A stretch of DNA of 64,000 nt, taken from positions 832,001 to 896,000 of the forward strand of contig CBDBKE010000003.1 of the NCBI GenBank assembly GCA_965206645.1, read 5' to 3'. How positions within the stretch are numbered: the stretch's first letter is position 1; each line of letters starts with the position of its first letter. Both the position numbers and the translations under genes were made by a program. Origin of the DNA: Terriglobia bacterium. Its GTDB lineage: Bacteria; Acidobacteriota; Terriglobia; JAJPHL01; JAPKYU01. The notes below the pieces were generated by a model. The model was not told the DNA's origin, searched no databases, and saw only the letters and a list, made by a program, of their open reading frames with translations. Below are positions 1-9,549 of the stretch, piece after piece.

Positions 1-743
1 TGCCGCGAGGTGGTGACTTTATCCACCCGGGCCCCGGTGTGCACGCGGATCTTTTGCTTCTTGAACAGGCGCTCCAGTTCGCGGGAAATCTCCTCGTCCT
101 CCACGGGGACCACCCGCGGCAGCATCTCCAGCAAGGTGACCTCGGTTCCAAAGACGCGGTAGATGGAGGCGAACTCGACGCCCACCGCCCCGGCTCCGAT
201 GATAACCATGCTGGCTGGAATGTGCTTCAGCTCCAGGACTTCGCAGTTCGTGAGGATGCGCTCGGGGTCCGCTGTTAGTCCCGGCAGCAGGCGCGCTCCC
301 GAGCCGGTGGCCAGCACGATGGCGCGGGCGCTGAGTTCCTTGGCAGCGCTGCGGCCCTCGCTTTCCACCACCACTCGTCCGGATCCCGCCAGCCGGCCCC
401 ACCCTCGGTGGGTCTCCACCTTGTTCTTCTGCAACAGAAACTTCACTCCCTGGGCGTGTCTCTTGACCACGCGGTCCCTGCGTGCCTGCACGGCGCTCCA
501 CTCCAGTTTCGGCTCTCCGCACTGGATGCCGTATTCCTTGGCCTCCAGGACGTGCTGGAAAACTTCGGCGTTGTGTAGCAGCGCCTTGGTGGGGATGCAA
601 CCGACGTGCAGGCAGGTGCCACCGAACTTGTCGTCCTTCTCGACGAGCGCCGCCTTCAGCCCGAGCTGGGTGGCGCGGATGGCGGCCACGTACCCTCCGG
701 GTCCGCTTCCAATGACCACAACGTCATAGTCGTTCGCTGGCAT
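1..743 (-). CDS. lpdA: Dihydrolipoyl dehydrogenase, N-terminal part (runs off the window edge)
   Basis: Minus-strand translation from ATG at 743 gives MPANDYDVVVIGSGPGGYVAAIRATQLG...GGTCLHVGCIPTKALL (FAD GxGxxG and redox CxxxxC), then a second GAGAVGVEFA motif. Absent from the ORF track because no stop falls in the window. Confidence 0.93.
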   Translation of the reverse strand, partial: MPANDYDVVVIGSGPGGYVAAIRATQLGLKAALVEKDDKFGGTCLHVGCIPTKALLHNAEVFQHVLEAKEYGIQCGEPKLEWSAVQARRDRVVKRHAQGVKFLLQKNKVETHRGWGRLAGSGRVVVESEGRSAAKELSARAIVLATGSGARLLPGLTADPERILTNCEVLELKHIPASMVIIGAGAVGVEFASIYRVFGTEVTLLEMLPRVVPVEDEEISRELERLFKKQKIRVHTGARVDKVTTSR

Positions 744-818
744 GGCAAAAAGGCAACCGCGATGATAGCACAGCGCCAGACGCAACGGGCTAAGCCAACC
801 GCCCGCGAGCCAGGGAGC

Positions 819-959
819 CTATCGTTCGAGTATTGCGGAGAAAAGCAGGAAAAACAGGAAGAGTCCTCCCACCAGCAGGACCAGGCAACCGATCAGGCGG
901 CCTTTGCTGCCGGTGGTGACCTCTTTCTTGCGGGCACGGGCCGGTTTCCACTTCCCCAC
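819..959 (-). CDS. Small 46-aa single-pass membrane protein
   Basis: GTG start gives MGKWKPARARKKEVTTGSKGRLIGCLVLLVGGLFLFFLLFSAILER: basic N-terminus plus one hydrophobic helix, co-oriented upstream of lpdA. Confidence 0.55.
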   Translation of the reverse strand: MGKWKPARARKKEVTTGSKGRLIGCLVLLVGGLFLFFLLFSAILER

Positions 960-1043
960 ACCATCATTATACGAGGTAACCCGGGCGGGGTGGGGCACGT
1001 CCCACGTTCGACACAGTAGTGTGTGTCGGAATCCCCCTGAAGT

Positions 1044-2018
1044 ATGGAGGCAGGTATGCGAATCATTCCCGGTATGCGAATCATTCAAGGAGCCATCCTG
1101 GTTGCCCTGGTAGCGATTACCGGGCTGCTGTATTCGATCCGCACTCAGATGACTCCGCCGCCCGCCCCGCCGGTCGAGGTCGCGCAAGCCTTGCCGGCGC
1201 CGCAGGGGCCGGCCGCCCAGGAGTTGGTAGGGGTCCAGCCCGCCGTGGCGCAGCCCGCTGTAAGACGGGCCGTAACACGGGCGGTCGCGCCCACGCCGCC
1301 GCGACGGGCCCTGCGCTGGCCGGCGCCGCCACCGGTTGCTGTGCCGCCCGAGCCATATCCGGAGCAGGATCCGGCGCCCGCTCCAATCTTCAGGCCTCCG
1401 GTAGCCCGCGTAGCCCAGCCGGTCCCACCGCCACCGCCGGCGACGCGGGTCGTGACCGTGCCGGCGGGGACCGTCATCACGGTTCGCCTGGTGGATGGAG
1501 TCAGCTCGAAGCACAATCGCCCAGGGGATACCTTCCAGGGGACACTGGAGGAGCCGCTGGCGGCTGAGGGTCTGGTGGTTGCTGAGCGGAACGCCAACGT
1601 TTTTGGGCGCGTCGTGGACACCCAGAAGTCCGGCCGCGTTTCCGGGCGGGCGGAGATGGCGCTGGAACTGGACCGCCTGCAGACAGTTGGCGGCGAGGTC
1701 CGCATCGCCAGCGATACCATGATCCGGCGCGCGGATGCCAGCAAAGGCAAGGACGCTGCGAAGATAGGCATCATGGCCGGCATCGGCGCGGCCATTGGGG
1801 CAATTGCCGGAGGTCGTAAAGGCGCTGGTGTCGGAGCCGCCGCAGGCGGCGCCGCAGGCACCGGGACGGTGCTGGCGACGCGGGGCAAACCAGTGGAGTT
1901 CCCCCCGGAGAGTCGGCTCACCTTCCGGCCCCGCGCCCCGATCACGGTGACGTTGGACGCGGATCAAGCTCGCCCGACGGGCTACGAGGGCCGCCCTCGG
2001 CTGGAACGCCGCTATTAG
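1044..2018 (+). CDS. Membrane-anchored Pro-rich protein with VirB10/TrbI-like beta domain and glycine zipper
   Basis: N-terminal TM helix, Pro-rich linker, VPAGTVITVRL...PGDTFQGTL motif, GIGAAIGAIAGGRKGAGVGAAAG zipper. Start may be 1056 or 1074. Confidence 0.75.
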   Translation: MEAGMRIIPGMRIIQGAILVALVAITGLLYSIRTQMTPPPAPPVEVAQALPAPQGPAAQELVGVQPAVAQPAVRRAVTRAVAPTPPRRALRWPAPPPVAVPPEPYPEQDPAPAPIFRPPVARVAQPVPPPPPATRVVTVPAGTVITVRLVDGVSSKHNRPGDTFQGTLEEPLAAEGLVVAERNANVFGRVVDTQKSGRVSGRAEMALELDRLQTVGGEVRIASDTMIRRADASKGKDAAKIGIMAGIGAAIGAIAGGRKGAGVGAAAGGAAGTGTVLATRGKPVEFPPESRLTFRPRAPITVTLDADQARPTGYEGRPRLERRY

Positions 2019-2063
2019 TGACGCTCAAGGCGCGGAGGTAAGACAAGGCGCCCTTGGTGTGAC

Positions 2064-2083
2064 GACAGGCCTCCCGGCCTGTC
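2064..2083. repeat. REP-like or terminator hairpin between convergent genes
   Basis: Perfect stem GACAGGCC-TCCC-GGCCTGTC. Confidence 0.45.
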
Positions 2084-2181
2084 TGCCGCGCCGAGTGCCG
2101 CTTGTTTTTCCCCGTGGTCCAATGTACCGGCCTAATGGACAGGCCTAGTGGATGGAGAAGATATCTGTCCCCAGCACCGAG

Positions 2182-2634
2182 TCAGCGGCCAGATCTTGAC
2201 CTTCGCACTTTGGACCTTGGGCGTTGGATCTTGGACCGCCTGGGCATTTTCCCGAATACCTGACCCGCCACCACCAGCGCTTCCCAGGCTGCGGGAAAGC
2301 CGGCGTAGGGCGCCAGTTGCAGCAAGGTTTCCAGCACCTCTTCGCGGGAGGCGCCGTTGTTCAGCGCCATGCGGATATTCAGCGCCAGCCCATCTTTCCT
2401 TCCCAAGGCTCCCAGCGCGGCCACCGTCACCAGCGAGCGCACTTTCAACGGCAGGCGGGGCCGGGCCCAGATCTCGCCCGCTAGAAACCCCACCACGTAG
2501 CGTTCAAACTCCGGCTCCAGCGCCCGCCAGGCCCGGCGCAGCTCGTCAGTGAATTCCGCGCCGAGCATTCGGCGCATCATTTTTTCTCCACGACGAATCT
2601 GTTCTTCTCCGCGACGAATGTTTGCTTTTTGCAT
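2182..2634 (-). CDS. Carboxymuconolactone decarboxylase (CMD/AhpD-like) family protein
   Basis: GEIWARPRLPLKVRSLVTVAAL...ALNNGASREEVLETLLQLAPYAGFPAA family signature. Likely start MQKAN at 2634. Confidence 0.85.
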   Translation of the reverse strand: MQKANIRRGEEQIRRGEKMMRRMLGAEFTDELRRAWRALEPEFERYVVGFLAGEIWARPRLPLKVRSLVTVAALGALGRKDGLALNIRMALNNGASREEVLETLLQLAPYAGFPAAWEALVVAGQVFGKMPRRSKIQRPRSKVRRSRSGR

Positions 2635-2695
2635 GGCTCTCGAAATGCTGCCTTTCCTAACGCCACGAGAAGGGCCCGGGCTAAGCCTTGTGGGG

Positions 2696-2962
2696 TTAAG
2701 CCTTGCAAGCTGGGGTAATCTGGGTGAACTCGAAGTCGCGCGGGTCCAGGTTGTCCTGCTGGAGTCGCTGGATGCATTCCTGGACCGTGTCGGCAACGGC
2801 GCGAATGCGCCGCAACTTGAACTGGATCACCGGCGTCCCCTGCTCCTCCTCCAACCTGGGGGGCGTGTACAACTCCAGCGCCATCCACTTGCCGGCGTAT
2901 TGGAGCCGCTCGGGAATGCTGAGGTCTTCCGGGGCCCGACCAACGATCGGCTTTGCGTTCAT
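2696..2962 (-). CDS. Hypothetical protein (88 aa)
   Basis: Protein-like composition (YAGKWMALELYTP), co-oriented with the CMD gene. Confidence 0.65.
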   Translation of the reverse strand: MNAKPIVGRAPEDLSIPERLQYAGKWMALELYTPPRLEEEQGTPVIQFKLRRIRAVADTVQECIQRLQQDNLDPRDFEFTQITPACKA

Positions 2963-3114
2963 CCTGATCACGAAGTTCAACGCCTTTCCTGAACCGCGTT
3001 CATAAGGCGGTTCGGCAGAGGTGCTATTCTACAACGGGTCGGGGCGTCGCGCAGCCTGGCAGGCGCAGATCGATTGGCAGCTCGGACGAATGAGGCGGCT
3101 GATTCGATGAATCC

Positions 3115-4101
3115 ATGACTCAATTCGGAAAGCTTCCTCCCCACGTGCTGGCCCGGCTGCTTGAGCGCATTCCGCCCGGGGACCCGCGGGTCGTGCTGGG
3201 CCCGCGGGTAGGCGAGGATGCCGCCGTGCTGGATTTTGGCGACCGCTACCTGGTGGCCAAGTCCGATCCCATCACCTTTACTGCCGAACGGATCGGCTGG
3301 TACGCCGTGCAGGTGAACGCCAACGACCTGGCGACTCTGGGCGCGCGGCCCCGCTGGTTCCTGCTGACCTTGCTGCTGCCCAACAACGACCTGGCGCTGG
3401 CGGAGGCCATCTTTGCCGACGTGTTGGCCGCCTGCGCCGAACTGGGGGTCACGCTGTGCGGTGGGCATACGGAGACCACCCCAGGGTTGGACCGGCCCAT
3501 TGTAGCGGGACAGATGTTGGGTGAAGTCGAGAAGGAACGGCTGGTGCGGAAGCAGCGAATTCGTCCCGGCGACGCGGTGCTGCTGAGCCGCGGGGTAGCT
3601 CTAGAAGGCACGGCCATCCTGGCGCGCGAGAAAGCTGAGGAACTGGCGGGCTGCCTGGATGCCGCCGTGCTGGACCGCGCTCGCGGTCTGCTTTTCCGCC
3701 CTGGCATCAGCGTGGTCGCCGACGCGCTGGCCGCAGCGGACGCGGCCCCCGTTCACGGCATGCATGATCCCACCGAGGGTGGCCTGCTAGGTGGCCTGTA
3801 CGAACTTGCCCAGGTGGCCGGTGTAGGCCTGAGTGTAGAAGGAGCGCGCATCCCGGTGTTGCCTGAGACCGCAGATCTGTGCGCGGCACTTGGACTCGAT
3901 CCATTGCGCCTGATTGCATCCGGTTCCTTGCTGATTGTCGTCGCCGAGCCGGATGCGGACCGGGTCCAACGGGCTCTGGCAGTGCGGGGCACGCCCACAG
4001 CGCGCATCGGCCGAGTTACGCAGCCGGAGAAGGGGCTGCGGCTGGACGACCTCCCTTTCGACTTCCCAGAATGTGACGAAATCGCTCGCGCGCTGAAGTG
4101 A
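3115..4101 (+). CDS. AIR synthase-related (PurM/HypE-like) protein
   Basis: GEDAAV, KSDPITF, NANDLATLGARP, GGHTE and MHDPTEGG motifs. Confidence 0.88.
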   Translation: MTQFGKLPPHVLARLLERIPPGDPRVVLGPRVGEDAAVLDFGDRYLVAKSDPITFTAERIGWYAVQVNANDLATLGARPRWFLLTLLLPNNDLALAEAIFADVLAACAELGVTLCGGHTETTPGLDRPIVAGQMLGEVEKERLVRKQRIRPGDAVLLSRGVALEGTAILAREKAEELAGCLDAAVLDRARGLLFRPGISVVADALAAADAAPVHGMHDPTEGGLLGGLYELAQVAGVGLSVEGARIPVLPETADLCAALGLDPLRLIASGSLLIVVAEPDADRVQRALAVRGTPTARIGRVTQPEKGLRLDDLPFDFPECDEIARALK

Positions 4102-4197
4102 AGGACCCCGAACTGGCGAGCCCTGACGCCGATGGGGTGCCCTTTGGTGGACTGGTCTCGCACCCCGAACCTCTGGATAGCTGGGGGAGAGAATTGT

Positions 4198-6210
4198 ATG
4201 ATTAGCATGCTCCATCTACATCATTCCCGAAGCGTGGGTTGGGCCGATGATGGGAAAGAATCCAGCCGGGTCTTGGTCATTGACGACGACGACTTGGTGC
4301 TAGCTATCATCCGCAAGATGCTGGATGCGGAGCTGTTTTCCGTGGATGTCTCGGTTTCGGCCCGCGAGGCCCTGGGCCGTCTGCCGGAAACCCGCTATGA
4401 CGCCATCCTCTGCGACATGTGGATGCCGGGGATGACCGGCAAGGACTTCTACAACCAGGTGAAAAAGGAATTCCCCGAGCACCAGAGCCGGATTATTTTT
4501 CTGACCGGCGATATTGCCTCGGAAACAACCTGGGAGTTCATCGAGCAAAACCGACTGCCCTACATACTGAAGCCGGTCAGCGCTCCCGAGTTGCACCGCA
4601 AGCTGCGCGAGGTGATGGGCGAGCGGCTGAAAGCAGCGCCGAAGAAGGGTGCTGAGCAACGGCGTCATCGGCGCCTCGCAATGAAGGCCAACCTCCGGGT
4701 CCGCAAGAAGAGATGGGCCGCCGCGGGTCCTGAGATTACCCTAGTCGGCAACGCCAGCAAGGAAGGCGTCTACTTCCTGACCGATCGACAATACGGCGTC
4801 GGGACCGACGTGCTGGTTTCCTTCCCCTATACCGGACAAGGCGACATCGAGCAGGAAGGCTGTGTGGTGCGAGTGGATGAGCGTTCGGATGGCCGACGGG
4901 GAGTGGCCATCGCGTTGGGAAAGGCGGCCGTGGATGCCCGCGGCCCCCTGACGCTCCCCCAGGTCAGCGGGGTCGAACCGGCGTTCGAAGTTGCTGACCT
5001 GAAGCTCCAACTGGACCGTGAGCGGAAGGAGGCGCATCGCCTGACAGACGAGCTGGCCGACCTGAAGGGCAGTTACAAGCGGGTTGCCAGCGAGCGCGAC
5101 CGGCTTGCCTCCGAGGAGTCCGACCGCGACTTTAGGGCGCGCGAACTCACTTCAACTCGGGACGCCATGGGCCGGCTCGCCGAAGAGTTAAAGCAGCAAG
5201 TACAGGACTTGCAGGAGAAGCTGGCCGCGGCCGAGCGCGGGCGGGCACAACAGGCCGAACGGGCGCATGACGCCCAGAAAGAAGCGACCAAGGCGGCCGA
5301 CCTGAAAACAGAACTGGATCAGGAGCGGAAAGCGGCCCGCCGCTTGACGCAAGAGCTGGCTGACCTGAAGGGCGTGCACCAACGCGCGGTTCAGGAACGC
5401 GACCGGCTCGCCAGCCAGGAATCCGACCGCAGCTTAAAGTTCCGTGAACTCACCTCCACCCGGGACGCCATGAGCCGGCTCGCCGAGGAGTTGAAGCAGC
5501 AGGTGCAGGACTTGCAGAAGAAGCTGGCCGCGTCCGAGCGTGAGCAGGAACAACAGGCCGAACGGGCGAGGGACACCCAGCAAAAAGCGGCCAAGGCGGC
5601 CGACCTGAAAACAGATCTGGATCAGGAACGGGAAGCGGCCCGCCGCTTGACGCAAGAGATGGCTGACCTGAAGGGTGTGCACGAACGCGCGGCTCAGGAA
5701 CGTGACCGGCTCGCCAGCCAGGAGTATGACCTCAGCTTCAAACTCCGTGAACTGACCTCCACTCGGGACACCATGAACCGGCTGGTTCGAGAATTTCGGA
5801 AAAAGATACAGGGTTTGGAAAAACACGTCGCTGGCGTCGAAGCCGAACGCGATCGGGGACAGAAGGAAGTGCGAATCGCCCGCGGCGAGGCAGAGAAGTG
5901 GCGTGCCGAAAGCCGCCGGCAGCAGCAGACTGTAGCTTCCAGTGAGCGCGCCACCCGGGGACAGGCTTCGCCGGCCAAAGAACAGAAGGGCGACGCAGCC
6001 CGGCTGCGCGAGGACCTCAAAGGGCTGCGGGCGCGCATCCAGGAATTTCAGGGCGGGGGCGTAGGGCCGCTGACCAATTTGGCGGCGAATTGCGACTTGC
6101 TCGTCATGAACAAGTCGCTGGATGCACCTACAAGAAAGTCGGCAAAGGAAATGAGCCAGCAGGCTGCCCAGCTGCGCAAAGCCTTTCAGAAACTCACCCG
6201 GAAATCCTAG
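4198..6210 (+). CDS. Response-regulator receiver + PilZ + repeated coiled-coil protein
   Basis: REC (VLVIDDD, CDMWMPGMTG, LTG, LKP), PilZ (QRRHRR...NASKEG), then tandem 101-aa coiled-coil repeats. Start codon uncertain. Confidence 0.85.
   Translation: MISMLHLHHSRSVGWADDGKESSRVLVIDDDDLVLAIIRKMLDAELFSVDVSVSAREALGRLPETRYDAILCDMWMPGMTGKDFYNQVKKEFPEHQSRIIFLTGDIASETTWEFIEQNRLPYILKPVSAPELHRKLREVMGERLKAAPKKGAEQRRHRRLAMKANLRVRKKRWAAAGPEITLVGNASKEGVYFLTDRQYGVGTDVLVSFPYTGQGDIEQEGCVVRVDERSDGRRGVAIALGKAAVDARGPLTLPQVSGVEPAFEVADLKLQLDRERKEAHRLTDELADLKGSYKRVASERDRLASEESDRDFRARELTSTRDAMGRLAEELKQQVQDLQEKLAAAERGRAQQAERAHDAQKEATKAADLKTELDQERKAARRLTQELADLKGVHQRAVQERDRLASQESDRSLKFRELTSTRDAMSRLAEELKQQVQDLQKKLAASEREQEQQAERARDTQQKAAKAADLKTDLDQEREAARRLTQEMADLKGVHERAAQERDRLASQEYDLSFKLRELTSTRDTMNRLVREFRKKIQGLEKHVAGVEAERDRGQKEVRIARGEAEKWRAESRRQQQTVASSERATRGQASPAKEQKGDAARLREDLKGLRARIQEFQGGGVGPLTNLAANCDLLVMNKSLDAPTRKSAKEMSQQAAQLRKAFQKLTRKS
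4993..5820 (+). repeat. Intragenic tandem repeat, 303-bp period, about 2.7 copies
   Basis: Units begin at the ADLK codons at 4993, 5296 and 5599. Confidence 0.9.
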
Positions 6211-6473
6211 CTCGGCGGCAGCCCTGCCTTGATCTTAGCGGCCGAACGATGACTTCCTTAGTAGTAGACCACCGAGTAGTAGACCATTGAGGCTTCGTCG
6301 CAGCTCTGCAGCCCGATGTAACCAAATTCAGGGAGCGGGCCGCGCCTCGGGTCGCGGCTGCGCTTGGGGGCGGCTGGCCGCCGACAATGGTGAGGCACCT
6401 CCCCAACTTTGTCACCCGGTCTAGCCCGCCGCCTCATCTAGCCCATTTCGCAAGCCTCCGGTAGACTGCCAGT

Positions 6474-8129
6474 ATGGGTTTCGGACTTGGAGGAGCTGGA
6501 AGCGGAGGGCGGAATTCGCCTTCAAAGAAGACAAGGCGGACCAGCCGCCCGGCGTGCTTGTTCCTGTTTGCGGCAGTGGCGCTAGCGCCGCTACCCACGA
6601 TTGTGGCAGCAACTGCGTCCCCACCGCCGGCTCAGCCGGAGGCCGCGCTGCTGGAGCGCCTCAAACAGTTTAGTCAGGTGGGGAGGCAAGCGGGCGAGGC
6701 GGTCTGGCCAGGGTGGGATCCTACGGCGACTTCGCTGGCCATCTTCAAGAAGAATGAGCTAGGCCTGCTAGTAGGGCATCCCTCGCCGCCGTCTCACTTC
6801 CGCCGGCTGGACGCCCCGATGGTGTCGGCTCCGGTATTTGTCGCCGATTCCACGGCAGGGATGGTGCTGGTCAACACCACCCGGCCCTTCGCCGGCGCGC
6901 TGACTACGTTCGTCTCCTACCAGGATTTTGCGGGCAAGCCCGCGGTGGAAGCCCTGGCTACTACCCTCCACGAGCTATTCCACGCGCACCAGCAGCGCAT
7001 TGTGCCGGGTAAGCTCGGCGACATCCGGGTGGTGCTCTTAGGCGAGTACCCGGAATTTTCCGCGCAAAACCGCGCGTTGATGGCGCTGGAAGCCCAGTTG
7101 CTCCACGAGGCGGCCACTGCCGCCAACCCACAGGAGGCACGACGCAGCGCGGCTGGCTTCCTGGGCATGAGGGCTGCGCGGCGCAAGAAACTGACTCCGG
7201 AGGTGGCGCGTTACGAAAGCGGGGAAGAATCCAGCGAAGGGCTGGCCGTCTACATCCAGTTGCGCCTGTTCCAATTTCTGCCCCGGTTGGTCGCGGCCGC
7301 CGCGGCCGGTGCCAGCCAGGTATCCGAATCCCCGCTGCCAGCCGCCCTGGATGAGGCCGCGAGCAAGCAGGCCCTTCAGGTTGCCGAGAAATGGCTAGAG
7401 CCGTTGCTTCACATTCACCGGGTGGGGGGCGACCGAGAACGCTTTTACGCCTTGGGTATGGCGCAGGCCCTACTGCTGGATCGCTTCCGGCCCGGCTGGA
7501 AGAAAGAATTCGAGACTGGTCCGCAGCTTCTGGACCAACTGCTGGCCGCCTCGGTCCCCTCGGCCTCGCCCGCAGAGACCGCGCGCTTGATGAAGCGCTT
7601 GCGTTTCCGGAGAGTGTTGAAGGAGCAGGAGCAGGCGGTGGCCCGGCGGCGCGAGCAGGGCACGCAACGCCTGGCGACGCTGATGGCCGAGGCGGGCGAC
7701 CGCGTGGTGGTGGAGGTCGGCGCCGCCAAAGAGCAGGTCAACCTGCGTGGTTTCAATGCCAATGGCACGGTAGTGGTGGGACCTGGGCTGGTGGTGCACA
7801 CCTTGCTCCTGCTGGACCTCGGCGCGGAACCGGGGCTTTGGATGCGCCTGGAGTTCCGCGGGCTGCCAGCCGTTTACGAGCAAGAGCACGAAGTGCTGTG
7901 GTTCGTGCTGCCACGGGAGGCGATTACCAAGGCCTTGGAGAGCTACACCCGCGACGTCGGCACGGGACCTGCTCGTTTGGTCTTACGGACGAAACGCTTC
8001 TTCGGTGAATTCACGGGGGTGGAGGTGAAACGGCGAGGCCGCGAGCTGCGCATCCATCCCGCCGAAGATCTGCTCCGTGCTCCGGCGCTGAAGTCTCCCG
8101 AATTCGTACGCCCGAAAAAGAAGCCCTGA
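6474..8129 (+). CDS. Secreted hypothetical protein with zincin-like HExxH motif
   Basis: Signal-like hydrophobic stretch, LHELFHAHQQ and downstream EGLAVY. Start uncertain. Confidence 0.7.
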   Translation: MGFGLGGAGSGGRNSPSKKTRRTSRPACLFLFAAVALAPLPTIVAATASPPPAQPEAALLERLKQFSQVGRQAGEAVWPGWDPTATSLAIFKKNELGLLVGHPSPPSHFRRLDAPMVSAPVFVADSTAGMVLVNTTRPFAGALTTFVSYQDFAGKPAVEALATTLHELFHAHQQRIVPGKLGDIRVVLLGEYPEFSAQNRALMALEAQLLHEAATAANPQEARRSAAGFLGMRAARRKKLTPEVARYESGEESSEGLAVYIQLRLFQFLPRLVAAAAAGASQVSESPLPAALDEAASKQALQVAEKWLEPLLHIHRVGGDRERFYALGMAQALLLDRFRPGWKKEFETGPQLLDQLLAASVPSASPAETARLMKRLRFRRVLKEQEQAVARRREQGTQRLATLMAEAGDRVVVEVGAAKEQVNLRGFNANGTVVVGPGLVVHTLLLLDLGAEPGLWMRLEFRGLPAVYEQEHEVLWFVLPREAITKALESYTRDVGTGPARLVLRTKRFFGEFTGVEVKRRGRELRIHPAEDLLRAPALKSPEFVRPKKKP

Positions 8130-8234
8130 CACTCAGGACAGACCCGGCTGTCAGCAGCGCTTTCCGCTGGTTGTCGCCTTGTCGGAGTCCTAAAATGCAG
8201 TGGGGCGGGAATCCCCGGCGCCCGGCGAAGCTTC

Positions 8235-8672
8235 CTACTGTTCTGGAGAGGGCAGGGAGATGTAGGCACGCATCAGGCGTACTTCGTCGCCCTTCTGTTG
8301 CAAGTCTGCCAGCAACAGGTCGCGCATCGTCACCAGACCGAGCAGGCGGCCGGCCAGGAAGACGGGAAGGTGGCGGATGCCTGCTTGGCGCATTCGCTCC
8401 AGGCAGGCGCTGGGCGCGTCGTCGGCATCGGCCACCAGTGGATCGCGCGTGATGACCTCGGCTAGGGGGGTCTGGCGAGGGTCGCGGGCCGCTACCACCA
8501 CCCGCTTCATCAGATCGCGCTCGGAGAAGATGCCTACCAACCGCTCTTGTTCCAGCACCGAGACAGCCCCTACCTTGCGCTCGGCCATGTACACCACCGC
8601 CTCGGCCACCGTGGCTCGGAGCGGTACTGAGTAGACGGGCCGGTTTTCCACCAATTCGCCGACGCGCTTCAT
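8235..8672 (-). CDS. CBS-domain pair protein
   Basis: LVGIFSERDL and IRHLPV...LLGLVTMRDLL. Overlaps the bioY stop (ATGA). Confidence 0.9.
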   Translation of the reverse strand: MKRVGELVENRPVYSVPLRATVAEAVVYMAERKVGAVSVLEQERLVGIFSERDLMKRVVVAARDPRQTPLAEVITRDPLVADADDAPSACLERMRQAGIRHLPVFLAGRLLGLVTMRDLLLADLQQKGDEVRLMRAYISLPSPEQ

Positions 8673-9310
8673 ATGGATGGGGGCGCCGAAGCCGGACCTT
8701 CGCGGTCGTGGCTCGGATGATCCTGTTGCTCACCGCCGCGGCGTCCTCCCAGAACCGAAGCCAGCCAGAGCACCAGCGCGACTTTCAGCACTTCCCCTGG
8801 GAGGAAGGGCCACACCGCAGCCAGCAGCAACGCGCTTCGCGGCTGCGGCAGCACCGTTCCCAGCCATGCGGTGCCGAACAGGAAGATAACGGCTTCTCCG
8901 CACAGCAGAGCCAGCAGCAACCGTGCTTTGCCCGGCACACCACCCTCCGGTGTTCCTGTCCGGCGCGTTGTCAGATAGCCCACCACGAACGCCGCAAAGG
9001 GATAGCTGAGCAGGTAGCCCCCGGTGGGACCCAGTAGCGGGGCCAGGCCCCAGGAACCAAGAGCAAACACCGGCAGTCCGGCCAGCCCCTGCCCCAGATA
9101 GAGCACCATGGCGGCGGCGGCCCGTGGACCGCCCAAGACCACTCCCGCCAGCAGCACGCCGAGCGTCTGCCCGGTCACCGGAACGGGCGTAAAGGGAAGC
9201 GGCACCGAGACCTGCGCCAGCAACCCCATCAAGATGCTGAATCCGAATACCAACGCCGCGCTCTCAGCGCGGGATTGCTGCCGGCTTTGAGCCAGCGAAA
9301 GCAGTTTCAC
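8669..9310 (-). CDS. bioY: Biotin transporter BioY
   Basis: PFTPVPVTGQTLGV, GLPVF, GPTGGYLL and PFLPGEVLK signatures. Confidence 0.92.
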   Translation of the reverse strand: MKLLSLAQSRQQSRAESAALVFGFSILMGLLAQVSVPLPFTPVPVTGQTLGVLLAGVVLGGPRAAAAMVLYLGQGLAGLPVFALGSWGLAPLLGPTGGYLLSYPFAAFVVGYLTTRRTGTPEGGVPGKARLLLALLCGEAVIFLFGTAWLGTVLPQPRSALLLAAVWPFLPGEVLKVALVLWLASVLGGRRGGEQQDHPSHDREGPASAPPSI

Positions 9311-9549
9311 TGCTGCGCTCCCTAATGCGCGAATTGCACAACTAAACCAGCCAAGGATACCACAGGGGTGTCAGCCCGCTGGTAGTTTGGCGCTCGTACA
9401 GTGAAGTCGCCCTCAACGTGGCACCTACAGGTTCTACGGCAGGTTCTAGTTGACAGACCACTTCCTCGGGTTCTAATGCCTGAGGGCCCCAGGCGGCCTT
9501 TTTCGCCTGCAGGGATCGAGCGCTTTTGTGTTCCCTGAAGGGGGATGCC

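Noticed and set aside
819-1967. 382-aa minus-strand ORF and the many similar long overlapping ORFs in the track
   Set aside because: Antisense or shifted shadows of real genes in high-GC DNA, Arg/Pro/Gly-rich with no motifs.
2190-2240. Roughly 7-bp repeats (GACCTTG/GATCTTG-like) at the CMD 3' end
   Set aside because: Short degenerate low-complexity repeats with no further structure.
4993-5820. Regularly spaced repeats as a possible CRISPR-like or RNA array
   Set aside because: The 303-bp period is in frame within a coiled-coil CDS and has no unique spacers.
9420-9480. GGTTCTA x3 between divergent bioY and the surface-protein gene
   Set aside because: Too short and irregularly spaced to call a regulator site.
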